A stretch of DNA of 64,000 bases. It comes from Bacilli bacterium. GTDB lineage: Bacteria > Bacillota_I > Bacilli_A > RFN20 > CAG-826. How positions within the stretch are numbered: position 1 is the first letter of the stretch; every line of letters begins with the position of its first letter. The stretch covers positions 320,001-384,000 of the forward strand of contig JAZLKX010000025.1 in NCBI GenBank assembly GCA_045597865.1. The letters run 5' to 3'. Of the stretch, positions 50,170 through 60,337 are shown in pieces. The notes below the pieces were generated by a model. It searched no databases. It saw only the letters and a list, made by a program, of their open reading frames with translations, and was not told the origin of the DNA. The translations under genes and the position numbers were made by a program.

Positions 50170-51914
50170 AATAATTTAATTACTTCCTCAGCAATGTGTT
50201 CATGGCCTTCTTTGGTTAAAATGTAAGCAGGTTCTTTGTTAGTAAAAGGAGTTTTTTTCAAAAATGAATTTAAATTAGAAACATTAATAAAATTAATGTT
50301 AATCTCTTTGCTAACTTCATCAAAGATTTTGTCCACTGCTTCATTTCCTAAAATAGATGAAATAAGAATAACATTAGACACTTCCTTAAAATTATTGATT
50401 AAGTCAATCATATTATCCTTCAATGAATAATCATTTAAATTACATGGCATAAAAAAGTCACCTAATTGAATAATTGTTATATCAGGTTTTTCTTCTTTTA
50501 ATGCGAAAAGTTTATCAATTGTTGGCTTATAGCCAATTTCTCTTTCAAATTTTTCAATATTTTTAACGGTAACGCTGACATTTTTGTGTTGTTTAATGAT
50601 GTGAATCCAATCAGAATCATTTTTATCATACAATAAAGCACTATTTTCACAGCCCCATTTGTTCCATTTAGCTTTTGGTTGATAAGAGAATTTGTTTCCG
50701 AGAACAAGCACTTTCTTATCTCCGTCTTTTAATTCGTATCCTGGAAAAAACTCAATCTCTAGAACTTTTGCCAATGACTTTGATTCTAAAGAATCATAAT
50801 TAGGGTTTGCGTAATTAGCAATCTTTTCAAAAACAGGTTTTGGAAGTAAAGGCGTAAACCAATCAAATTCGTTATAAACTATGCCAAAATTGTTTTCTCC
50901 CTCATTTTCTGGGCGATTTGATAAAGTAAACAATCTAAAAATAAAAACAGTTTCTACCCAAGGAAGTTTTTCTTGGACAACTTCAAAAAGTTTAATGAAA
51001 CGATCACCAATTGCGTTCTTTTGACTTTCTCTACAAAAATCAGACCACCCTGTTTCTGTATACCATACTTTTCTATTTACATCATTATGCTTAAGCATAA
51101 CATTATGTAAATTAATTTGAGTTTGTTCCCAATATTCATTAATTTCAACATCTTTTAAATTGTATGGATGAAAAGAGAATAGTTCAAAGAAATCATCGAC
51201 TTTAGTTGAACCTATCTTTTTTATAGAAGGATACTTTCCAGACTCAATCTTATTATAAATACGATCGATATAATCAGGAGCATATTCTTTGTTCCAAAAA
51301 GATGGGAAAAGCATTTTAGCATCCTTGTTTGCAGCCTTAATGCCCTCATTTGAGTAAAAGTTCAAATCAAGACAAATATCTTCAATTTCATCCATTGTGA
51401 AAATATAATTTTCATTTTCTTTTCGACTTTTTGCTAAATTATAGCCATTTTTATGTAAAAAGGTTCCATCAGTTCCATCTGGTTCATTTGTGGATTCAAA
51501 ATATTCAATTTCAGTAAAATTAGAAGCAATTAAGTAATGAACACTTCTTTGAAGTCTCATAAACTTAACATACATTTCTTTTTCACTTTTTGGGTCAGGA
51601 ACTACCCATGCGTCTGAAGGTTGATATCCTCTAGGATAAACGAATGCCCAATCCAAAAGTAAAAATCTTTCAACACCAGCTTTTTTTAACTTTGTTAAAT
51701 ATGAATTTAATCTGATAATTCCATCAGCCTTAAATTCAACTTGGTTGTTTTCTAAAACATTAATAATTTCAGGTGTTCTAACCCAAACGCGCATTGTTTT
51801 AGCATTTAATTGCTTTGCAAAAAATGCGATATTGTCATCACTTAAGCCTAAATCGCAACCAGGATTTACTTGGCAAGAAACTTCATCAAGACCAAAAAAA
51901 TATTTATTTTTCAT
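50166..51914 (-). CDS. Clan GH-A-like glycoside hydrolase fused to a degenerate SGNH domain
   Basis: NEPD acid/base, SFHPY, WYTETGW nucleophile; C-terminal LGNKFS..QLGD..LTKEGH; no signal peptide. Confidence 0.72.
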   Translation of the reverse strand: MKNKYFFGLDEVSCQVNPGCDLGLSDDNIAFFAKQLNAKTMRVWVRTPEIINVLENNQVEFKADGIIRLNSYLTKLKKAGVERFLLLDWAFVYPRGYQPSDAWVVPDPKSEKEMYVKFMRLQRSVHYLIASNFTEIEYFESTNEPDGTDGTFLHKNGYNLAKSRKENENYIFTMDEIEDICLDLNFYSNEGIKAANKDAKMLFPSFWNKEYAPDYIDRIYNKIESGKYPSIKKIGSTKVDDFFELFSFHPYNLKDVEINEYWEQTQINLHNVMLKHNDVNRKVWYTETGWSDFCRESQKNAIGDRFIKLFEVVQEKLPWVETVFIFRLFTLSNRPENEGENNFGIVYNEFDWFTPLLPKPVFEKIANYANPNYDSLESKSLAKVLEIEFFPGYELKDGDKKVLVLGNKFSYQPKAKWNKWGCENSALLYDKNDSDWIHIIKQHKNVSVTVKNIEKFEREIGYKPTIDKLFALKEEKPDITIIQLGDFFMPCNLNDYSLKDNMIDLINNFKEVSNVILISSILGNEAVDKIFDEVSKEININFINVSNLNSFLKKTPFTNKEPAYILTKEGHEHIAEEVIKLL

Positions 51915-53163
51915 ATGGAGGTATTATGTAGTCATCTCCGTTTATGAATTTAGCATAGTCGATTGCAATTTGTTTTGGTTGACCGGCTAAATTTTTATCT
52001 GGATCATCTGGATTATAAAATAATCCAAAGTTATTTTCACCAACACTAACATTTTGATGAACTAGATTAGTTAATCTAAATACAAATACTGCTTCAACAA
52101 ATGGAAGATTTTCTTTAATAAGTTTTAAAGCATCAATTAAATATTTAGAATTGTCCGCTTTTGTAGTGTTTACGCCGTTGTCTGTCCAACCTAATTCACT
52201 ATAATAAACTGGTTTATCACCATCTCCGTGGTCAATAGCAACTTGGTAAATTTCTTTTTGATAGCCAACCCAATCACCTTTATTTGGATCAGGATTGCCT
52301 GTTGTAACACCTGGATATGGGTGCCAATTCAAAATATCAAAATAATTATCAGGATCTGTATCTGATTTTTCAGTACCATAAGGTAAAGTTTGTGATTCAA
52401 TACCTTGATAAATAAGTTCTAAGAAATGAGGACTACGATCAAGAAGACAAAGTGATATCATTGAACATTTGTTATCTTTGCTAGCTTTTTTAATGCCGCG
52501 TCTTGTGTAATAACAAATATCGCAAACTATGTTTGCCTTTTCATCATCAGTATATAAGAATGCTGCATTTTCTCTTTCAGTTAATCCATAACCATAGCCA
52601 TTTTTATGAATACAAGAAGATGCTTTCAAATCAGGTTCATTTCCTGGTTCAAAATACTTAATCATTGGGAAAAGTTCCGCAAACATTTGGCTGCCTTTTT
52701 CCATCAAATTTAAGAATATTTCATATTCTTCGTGTTCATTCGTTGGATCAGGAACGCAATATAATGTTGTTGGAGCGTATCCATATGGGAATAAGAAAGT
52801 TGTATACATTGCTAAAAAGTTAGTTACACCTTTTCCATCCCTATAAAGTTTATCAACGTGGTCTTTTAAAATTGTATAATAATGGTTGTTTAGCTTTAAA
52901 TCATTGTCTTCAGTAACGGTAAATAAAGCATTAATAGAAACCCAAAGTCTCATGGATTTGCATCCTAGAGCATTAACTCTATCGCCAATCCAATCATTTG
53001 TAATGGCGTAGTCAACACCATCATTTAAATCACCAGATGTTTCACATAATCCATAAAAATATGTGTAATCATAACTTCCTTTGTTTCCGCAAGAACCAAG
53101 CGAAACTAATGAGGTTGCAAGAAGTCCAAAAATAGATAAAGTACGTGTTAATTTATTTTTCAT
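51904..53163 (-). CDS. Clan GH-A-like glycoside hydrolase lipoprotein
   Basis: LGS-C lipobox; GNEPD, NWHPY, YYSELGW, NNFGL. Confidence 0.78.
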   Translation of the reverse strand: MKNKLTRTLSIFGLLATSLVSLGSCGNKGSYDYTYFYGLCETSGDLNDGVDYAITNDWIGDRVNALGCKSMRLWVSINALFTVTEDNDLKLNNHYYTILKDHVDKLYRDGKGVTNFLAMYTTFLFPYGYAPTTLYCVPDPTNEHEEYEIFLNLMEKGSQMFAELFPMIKYFEPGNEPDLKASSCIHKNGYGYGLTERENAAFLYTDDEKANIVCDICYYTRRGIKKASKDNKCSMISLCLLDRSPHFLELIYQGIESQTLPYGTEKSDTDPDNYFDILNWHPYPGVTTGNPDPNKGDWVGYQKEIYQVAIDHGDGDKPVYYSELGWTDNGVNTTKADNSKYLIDALKLIKENLPFVEAVFVFRLTNLVHQNVSVGENNFGLFYNPDDPDKNLAGQPKQIAIDYAKFINGDDYIIPPYEK

Positions 53164-55849
53164 TTTTTTGTCCTCTCTTTTTGCGCATTAAAAATACAAT
53201 TAGAAATGCTCCAACACCAATAAGAACAACAGCTGCTGCTATACTGGTAGGAATAATCCATGATAAATTATTATTTTTTTGAATTGGATTTCTTTTAACC
53301 CAAGGATCAAAATAATCAAGTTTTGGGTCATAATTCCTTACTGGAATTGTAATATGATTATCTAAATTAAATATCGATAATTCTTTAATGTTTGAGACAC
53401 CGTTTTTAGAAATAATTTCAATTTCAGATTCTTCGTTGATAAATTCAAGCATTTCGTCTAAATTGACAACATTAGAATCAATAAATGCTAAAGGCTTATT
53501 ACCAGAAGCATATCTTAATTCATATTTTGTGCCACAATGTTTTAATTCAAATAAAGAATTTGCAAAAACAAAATCTTTTCCAAGTTCAATTTCTTTAGTT
53601 CCATTTAAATTACTAATAATAATTTTTTTGGAGTTTGAATCTTCTAATGTAATACAGGTATTACCTTGTTTAATTGCTAATTGATTTTCAATTGAAAAGA
53701 CTTTAAATCGAACAATGTTTCCGTTCAATTTGTGTTCAGTTTTTACGCTTCCACCATCATTGATTTTTAGTTTACCATTCAAGACCGATGAATTATTAAG
53801 TGCTAAGCCATCTGCCTTATCGCTAATTGCAAAGTCATGACGAATTGTTTCAGTATAATTTTTTCCAATATAATTGGAATCTTTTAAATCATAATCAAGA
53901 TTTGTTATTGCTAGATTTTTAAGTTTAAAAGAAAGTCCATTTGTACCAAAAACAGCTGCATAACCATCCGTAGTATTATAAACTGCAGATATTTTTGCTT
54001 GTGCAAGTTCACTATCAGGTTGTTCAGCGGTCTTGTAATGCATTTCTATCTTGTTGTTTCTAACAACATAAAGGAAATTTAAAACTGTATTTTTAGTGAA
54101 ATAATTTGTTTTTGGGAATTTATCAACTTCTGCTTGATCAAGTGTAGTTTGTGTTCCTAATGGAACGCAAATACCATTGTAATATTGAATGCCTAATGAA
54201 TTGGCATTCGCATAACCTACTTCGTATGTTTTCTTTCCAACTTGCAAGCCAAGAGCAGCACCATTAAATGCGGCTGAATTACAATCGCTTTGAATGTCCA
54301 CATCAAATCTTGCAATAAAATCTTTATATTTGACTTTTGGACCAAATGCGGATGTAATTGAAGAATTTGAAAATAAAATGTAAGGATCAGCAGCATTCTT
54401 TGCTGAATAAACTGGCATTCTAACTAACGGACCAATGTGCCAATCATGATTTGAAATGAAAAATTCATAAAGAGCACCATATTCATCAAAGCTTTCTTTA
54501 GTTCCGCCAAACGATTGACCAACATCACCACTAGTTCTATCAAGATAAATAGATTTTTCAAAAGAAAAATCATCAACATTTGCACCGACTAGTGAATCAG
54601 TAGATGAACCTAATGTTTTTAAACCAAAATAACCATTTATTTTGTTGGTTTTTCCAGTAACGGAATTAATGCCATCACTAACAATAACACTGCCATCAAA
54701 ATAAACACTTAAACTAGTTGTAATTGATTGTTCAATATTTCCGTCTTCAAAGATGCACTTAGTTTTGTTGTATGAATCGCCATTTGAAGCAACTAAATAA
54801 TAACCTGTATCTGCTTTTTCAATTCCATAAAATAAACCACTTGATTCAATACTATCTTTTGAAATTTCAAAACCAGTTTTTGCTTCTTTTGACATTTCAC
54901 CAAGATAAAAAGTTGATTGTAGTTCATAAAGTTTATTTAACTTGTCGTTATTTGAACTTTCGAAAGGGGTATTGTAGATAAGTGATGAACCAGGTTTAGA
55001 AAGATTGGCTTTGCCAATAATTCCACACGATACATCTTTTTCAGTAAATGTATTAGCGTACCATTCTGCGTCTGCACTACCTGAAGAAGCATAAAGTACA
55101 GTTGATTTAGAAAAATCTTCTTCGCAAACTGTTTTTAAAACACCAGCTTGTTCATGATCATCTTTAACCACGAAACTAAGAAGCTCATTTTTACTTGAAT
55201 AGGCATTGAATGATAAATAGCCTTCAATATTTGGAACAACAATATTTGTTTTGGCGCCAATTTGATTTCCACTTTTATCCTTTACAATGTAATCTAGTAA
55301 AAATGTATTGTCACTTTGACGAGAAAAAGTGAAAGATGCCTTTCTTGAAACAAAAGGAACACTTAATGGAGTAAATGAAGAAGGTTTTCCACCTTCAGTT
55401 GTGTCTTCTTTTAAACCTGCAGCTCCTTGTGTAACGAAATATTGAGTACCTTCACCTGTAAAAACAAAACCATACTGTCCTGATGAAAATGGCGATTTAG
55501 TAGTTGGTTGTCCAACTGCGAATCCTAACCAACCTAAATTGACTAATTGTTGAACATCAAAACTAATTTCAACCTTAGAAACATCACTAGTTACTCTATA
55601 TTTTGAGTAAATTAAACTAGCGCCCCACTCTTGTCCATCAGGAACGATTCTAAGTGAACTATAATCAGAAGCAATTTCTGCATCATGGTTAACCCAATTT
55701 GAATTAATAGATTTATTGTTAAAATCATCCTCAAATTGCTGAACTTCATCAAAAGAAGCTAAAACTTCATTTGAAATTTTAGAAGTAAAAGAAAGAGGAA
55801 TTAGAAGTGATAATGCCAATCCTGAAATAAACAAATATTTCTTTTCCAT
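53153..55849 (-). CDS. Large secreted beta-rich protein with a C-terminal membrane anchor
   Basis: N-terminal signal peptide; C-terminal TM followed by RKKR; recurrent 'EDDF/EEDF/HDF..W' lectin-like starts. Confidence 0.7.
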   Translation of the reverse strand: MEKKYLFISGLALSLLIPLSFTSKISNEVLASFDEVQQFEDDFNNKSINSNWVNHDAEIASDYSSLRIVPDGQEWGASLIYSKYRVTSDVSKVEISFDVQQLVNLGWLGFAVGQPTTKSPFSSGQYGFVFTGEGTQYFVTQGAAGLKEDTTEGGKPSSFTPLSVPFVSRKASFTFSRQSDNTFLLDYIVKDKSGNQIGAKTNIVVPNIEGYLSFNAYSSKNELLSFVVKDDHEQAGVLKTVCEEDFSKSTVLYASSGSADAEWYANTFTEKDVSCGIIGKANLSKPGSSLIYNTPFESSNNDKLNKLYELQSTFYLGEMSKEAKTGFEISKDSIESSGLFYGIEKADTGYYLVASNGDSYNKTKCIFEDGNIEQSITTSLSVYFDGSVIVSDGINSVTGKTNKINGYFGLKTLGSSTDSLVGANVDDFSFEKSIYLDRTSGDVGQSFGGTKESFDEYGALYEFFISNHDWHIGPLVRMPVYSAKNAADPYILFSNSSITSAFGPKVKYKDFIARFDVDIQSDCNSAAFNGAALGLQVGKKTYEVGYANANSLGIQYYNGICVPLGTQTTLDQAEVDKFPKTNYFTKNTVLNFLYVVRNNKIEMHYKTAEQPDSELAQAKISAVYNTTDGYAAVFGTNGLSFKLKNLAITNLDYDLKDSNYIGKNYTETIRHDFAISDKADGLALNNSSVLNGKLKINDGGSVKTEHKLNGNIVRFKVFSIENQLAIKQGNTCITLEDSNSKKIIISNLNGTKEIELGKDFVFANSLFELKHCGTKYELRYASGNKPLAFIDSNVVNLDEMLEFINEESEIEIISKNGVSNIKELSIFNLDNHITIPVRNYDPKLDYFDPWVKRNPIQKNNNLSWIIPTSIAAAVVLIGVGAFLIVFLMRKKRGQKNEK

Positions 55850-55861
55850 TTTTCTTCCTTC

Positions 55862-56809
55862 CTAGAAAGTTACTTTTGGAGTAAGTTTCTTCATTGTAAA
55901 ACGAATAATTAAAATAAATGGCAACATAAACAAAGACAAAATAAGTCCATATGTAGCTGCAGTAATTAATGTATTAGGGTTTCCGTCTCCAGCACTAACA
56001 GCATTAAAAATTACCATAGGTACTGTAGAAACATTCGGGTTATTACCTGCAATTAACATTGGTTGTAAGTAGAATGCAAATACTGAAGTAACAATTGCTG
56101 TCATCCAAGTTGTAAGTGTTGGCATAACAAGCGGTATTGAGATAGAAAACATTTCTCTAAAGAAGCTACAACCATCGAGTCTAGCAGCTTCTGAAATCTC
56201 ATCTGGAATCTTTTGCATAGCACTATTAATCAAAATAACGTTAGTGCTTAAGCCGTTAACTATACAGAAAACATAAATTAAAGGCCAAATAAGCGTGTTT
56301 TCAGAGTTTATTGATAACCAAGTAGGGTTAGGATTAATTCCTAGCTGTGCAAGAAGTCCTGCAATAGGTCCCACTGTATCACTAGTTACTTTAAACATTT
56401 CGCAATAAGCATCAGTCAAAATAACGATTGATATAATTGATGGTAAATAGAAAATAACTCTATAAATAGGTGTTCCATATGCTTTCTTATAGAATGCATA
56501 AGCAGTAATAATAGCAAATGGAAGAATGATTAAGTTAATAGGAATTGATCTAAATGAGTTCCACCACTGGACTCTAACTTGATCAGAGCCATGGAACAAT
56601 TCATCCAAAATACGACTATAGTTTCCAAAGTTATTCCAAACAAATGACTGACTTCTTTGATTCCAATCGCAGAAAGTCATCTTAATGGTATCAAAATTAA
56701 TGTAAACCCAGAAAACTGCAAAGTTGAAAAATGAAATAGCAAGAAAAGAAACAATGAAAATTGCTTTTTTAACTTTTAACCAATTCACAGATTTCTTTTC
56801 AAGAATCAT
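55862..56809 (-). CDS. Carbohydrate ABC transporter permease (MalF-like)
   Basis: YRVIFYLPSII; EAA loop EAARLDG. Confidence 0.92.
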   Translation of the reverse strand: MILEKKSVNWLKVKKAIFIVSFLAISFFNFAVFWVYINFDTIKMTFCDWNQRSQSFVWNNFGNYSRILDELFHGSDQVRVQWWNSFRSIPINLIILPFAIITAYAFYKKAYGTPIYRVIFYLPSIISIVILTDAYCEMFKVTSDTVGPIAGLLAQLGINPNPTWLSINSENTLIWPLIYVFCIVNGLSTNVILINSAMQKIPDEISEAARLDGCSFFREMFSISIPLVMPTLTTWMTAIVTSVFAFYLQPMLIAGNNPNVSTVPMVIFNAVSAGDGNPNTLITAATYGLILSLFMLPFILIIRFTMKKLTPKVTF

Positions 56810-56823
56810 TTTATTGTACCTTA

Positions 56824-58458
56824 CTATTCAGCGTATCTGTTTTCAAATTCAGCAAATCCTTTTTTTGCTATAGAATAGGCAGCATTTTCAACGTTGCCAT
56901 CAAAACCGTTGACCATAATGTCAACACCTGAATTTTTACGAAGTTTATCAATGACTGTTGGATATTCAATACCATAAGTCAAAGTTCTTCCAGCATCACC
57001 TTCATAAACATAAACTGGAGAAAGTGTGCCTTCTTCCGCAAATGATTTTCTTGGGAATTTTGAAATTCTATCATCTGCATTGTAATAAATATCAAAAACT
57101 GATTTTTGCCAATTAGAATATTTGAAATTTGGATCGATACTTGATTCAAAATTACGTGCATCATAATCAAATGGACGAATACCACCAGTTTCCTGTGTAA
57201 ATCTGATGCATTGTCTTTCTTCGGTCATGTATTTTAATAAGCCAAATGCTGTATCTTTATGAGGAGCATTTGCTGGAACAAACATAACGTTATCGGTTGT
57301 TAAATATGTAAGTTTTGCAACCTTACCGTCTTCTTTTCTAGTAATTGCACCATCTAATGATGGAACAAACATTGTTTTAATTACTTGTCCAGAAGCATCG
57401 AGTGAATTTTTATATTCGTGTTCAAACCAGTCTCCAGTTAAACATAAGGCTATGTCACCATCTGCAAACTTTGTTTGAACATCTTTAATTGATGCTGCAT
57501 CAGCATTCATAACTGAGTTAATGTATTTTCCATATTGAGATCCATCATCTTCTGTAACAAGTGATTTTACAGCATTTAATGCATCTTGAATTCCACTCCA
57601 TTTGTATTGTTCTGCAGTACTAGCTTTCGCATCAAGTTTCCAGAAATCATCAAATGTACCTTGGCTGGAATATTTGCCTGCGCTTAATTTGTCGTTTGCA
57701 GTACCGTGAAGTTCAGCAAACCAGGTCATTGTCATAAATTCGAACCATTGGGTTCCGTCTTTACCAGCCCAACCAAATTTATCAACTTTCTTTGATGCTG
57801 TAGCATTGTAATTATCAATATCTTTAAAGTAAGTGAAGACATCATTTAATGTTTCTGGTGGTAAAGTCCATTTAGCACCATCAGCTAAGCCTTCAACTGT
57901 ACCGTTTGCGTCATAATGAGTAATTTTTTGAAGTAAAGTTTCATTATAAGCAACTGAACAAGGAATAGCAGCCCATGGAATTCCCCAATAATCTTTACTG
58001 GCTTCTCTTCCTAATTGTTTCTCATAATAAAATCTATTAGCACATGAAGAATCGACATAATCTTTAATTTTTACTTTTGAACCATCCATTTTGGTGATTT
58101 CTTCTTCATACAAACTGCTAAGTCCGGCAATATACCCATCAGAAACAAGCTTCGCTTCTAAGTTATTTGTAATAAGTAAATCTGGGCAATCTCTTTTAGA
58201 TTTAACATAGTTGCCTGCTGTATAAGTGATGTCAGCATCAGCAACTAAACGATAATCTTTGCCTGAAACGATTTGATCAGGTGAAACACCTTTTTGCTCA
58301 GCAAGATATTCTTTTACGAATGTTTCAAGCCAATTTGCACCATATCCACCATCAAAATAGGCAACATAGAATGCATCCCCGCTTTTACCACCACAGCCAC
58401 TTAATGCTGCAAGTGATAAACCAAGTAATGCGACAGATAAGAAATTTCTCTTCTTCAT
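56824..58458 (-). CDS. Carbohydrate ABC substrate-binding lipoprotein
   Basis: LSG-C lipobox; GGYG..W, FADG.IAL..GDW; AAGGAG SD before ATG 58458. Confidence 0.85.
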   Translation of the reverse strand: MKKRNFLSVALLGLSLAALSGCGGKSGDAFYVAYFDGGYGANWLETFVKEYLAEQKGVSPDQIVSGKDYRLVADADITYTAGNYVKSKRDCPDLLITNNLEAKLVSDGYIAGLSSLYEEEITKMDGSKVKIKDYVDSSCANRFYYEKQLGREASKDYWGIPWAAIPCSVAYNETLLQKITHYDANGTVEGLADGAKWTLPPETLNDVFTYFKDIDNYNATASKKVDKFGWAGKDGTQWFEFMTMTWFAELHGTANDKLSAGKYSSQGTFDDFWKLDAKASTAEQYKWSGIQDALNAVKSLVTEDDGSQYGKYINSVMNADAASIKDVQTKFADGDIALCLTGDWFEHEYKNSLDASGQVIKTMFVPSLDGAITRKEDGKVAKLTYLTTDNVMFVPANAPHKDTAFGLLKYMTEERQCIRFTQETGGIRPFDYDARNFESSIDPNFKYSNWQKSVFDIYYNADDRISKFPRKSFAEEGTLSPVYVYEGDAGRTLTYGIEYPTVIDKLRKNSGVDIMVNGFDGNVENAAYSIAKKGFAEFENRYAE

Positions 58459-58471
58459 AGTAAAACTCTCC

Positions 58472-59374
58472 TTATTTAAGACCTCCACCGAGGCTAATTT
58501 TCATAATTTGTTTTTGGAATATTAAGAAAATGATAACAACAGGTAACATTGAAATAATAATTGCAGCAAAATAAACTGGATAGTTATGAAGAAGTTGGAT
58601 ATTTCCGCCTTTTTCAACTAATGCTTTTATCTTTTCTAGACCTGTTGCGATTGTGTAATAATCACTTCCTAAAAAGATTTTTGGTGTGGCATAGTCGTTC
58701 CATGAACCAATAAAACCTAAAATCCAAAGTGTTCCGATAATACCCATAGCTTGAGGAAGCATAACTTGGAAGAAAATTCTATAATCTCCAGCTCCATCAA
58801 TACGAGCTGCTTCAGCATAGTTATCAGAAATATTTTTAAAAACAGCGTAAACAAGTAAGAAGTTCATACCTGTTCCACCCATAGATAATAAAATTATCGA
58901 ACCAAACGAATTTGTTAAACCCCAGTTATCCAAAAGCATATAAACAGAAGTTGTTGTACCTGCAATTGAAACAATCATTGGAAGTAAATATAAAATATAA
59001 ATAAATCCCCTACCATGGAATTTATATTTAGCCATAACGTATGCAGCTAAAGTTGTTGATAAAACAGATAATGTTGGAGTAATCAAACAAAGTAAAATTG
59101 TGTTAAAAAACATTTCAACAACATTAAACTGATCTAACTGGAATACTGTTGCATAGTTAGAGAACATCCATTTTTGAGGAAAATTCCAAGAATTGATTTT
59201 AAATTCATTAAACCCGTCCTTAAATGAGTTGATGAAAACCCAGAAGAATGGGAATAACAAAATTAAAGAATAAATAGCAAAAATAACAGTAAAAACGATA
59301 AGAACCCTACTGTAAGGTCTTCTCATATGTTTTGTAGTCTTCTTAGCAAAGTTTAATGTTATGTCTTGCTTCAT
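58472..59374 (-). CDS. Carbohydrate ABC transporter permease (MalG-like)
   Basis: INSFK, AAYVMAK..F.GR, EAARIDGA, WNDY. Confidence 0.92.
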   Translation of the reverse strand: MKQDITLNFAKKTTKHMRRPYSRVLIVFTVIFAIYSLILLFPFFWVFINSFKDGFNEFKINSWNFPQKWMFSNYATVFQLDQFNVVEMFFNTILLCLITPTLSVLSTTLAAYVMAKYKFHGRGFIYILYLLPMIVSIAGTTTSVYMLLDNWGLTNSFGSIILLSMGGTGMNFLLVYAVFKNISDNYAEAARIDGAGDYRIFFQVMLPQAMGIIGTLWILGFIGSWNDYATPKIFLGSDYYTIATGLEKIKALVEKGGNIQLLHNYPVYFAAIIISMLPVVIIFLIFQKQIMKISLGGGLK

Positions 59375-59461
59375 ATGACTTCCTTGAACTTATTATAATT
59401 GCATATAATTAATTATATAGTTTCTTTTTGCAACAAAATTATCGGTTTTTCGACATTAATA

Positions 59462-60337
59462 CTATCTTTTGATATATTCATTCCACTCAGTATAAGTGTC
59501 TCTATCAATGTGAGATGACTTCTCTTTTCTAAACTTAGCAGGTGTTACATTATATTGCTCTTTGAATACATTAATGAAGTTAGATAAAGTTGTAAATTTT
59601 AATCTATCAACTATTTCACTTAATGAGATATCTGACGTTGCAAGCAATGTTGCTGCTAAAGACAATTTTTCCTTAATAACATATTTTTTAAGCGACATTC
59701 CTAAATACTTTTTGAATTCTCTATTTACGTAGCCATGTGAATAGTGAGTTGTCTTAATTATTTCGCTAATTGGGAGAACTAAAACTTCTTCACTTGCAAT
59801 CGTTCTAAGTAATGCTTTTATCCAAACTGGATAATAATCTTGTTTAATTTGATTTGCGAGAGCTTGAGAAAGCATTAAGATAATGACTCCTTTATGAATG
59901 GAATTCTTTTCATTAGTTATCTCATTATCTCTAAGTAAAGAAAGGATTTCACAAGTTGAAATAATAGCAGATCCACTTAATTCAAACATAAATGGTTCTT
60001 TTGAAAAAAGGATTTTATTAAATAGTTCAGGATCAAGATAATCACAGCATTCTTTAAACAATTTTTCATCTGCGTAAATGTCATGATGTGAATAGGTATC
60101 TTTTGTTTTAATATGATAATCATTCACTTCAAAAGGTCTAACAATAAAAGCTGAACCAGATGTCACTTTTTTAGTAACAAATTTATTTTTGTCTTTTTTG
60201 TAAAAATCAATGCTAGCTTCACCGCGTTCAACAAATGTAATTTTAAAAAATGTATTACAATGAGGTTCTAAAGGTGGTTCTAAAACAACTGAAGTATAAG
60301 GACAATTTTCTATTGTCTTTTTAGTACAAATCATCAT
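59462..60337 (-). CDS. AraC-family transcriptional regulator
   Basis: N-terminal cupin-like domain; C-terminal YVNREFKK..A..LL..F...FKEQYNVTPAKFR. Confidence 0.92.
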   Translation of the reverse strand: MMICTKKTIENCPYTSVVLEPPLEPHCNTFFKITFVERGEASIDFYKKDKNKFVTKKVTSGSAFIVRPFEVNDYHIKTKDTYSHHDIYADEKLFKECCDYLDPELFNKILFSKEPFMFELSGSAIISTCEILSLLRDNEITNEKNSIHKGVIILMLSQALANQIKQDYYPVWIKALLRTIASEEVLVLPISEIIKTTHYSHGYVNREFKKYLGMSLKKYVIKEKLSLAATLLATSDISLSEIVDRLKFTTLSNFINVFKEQYNVTPAKFRKEKSSHIDRDTYTEWNEYIKR

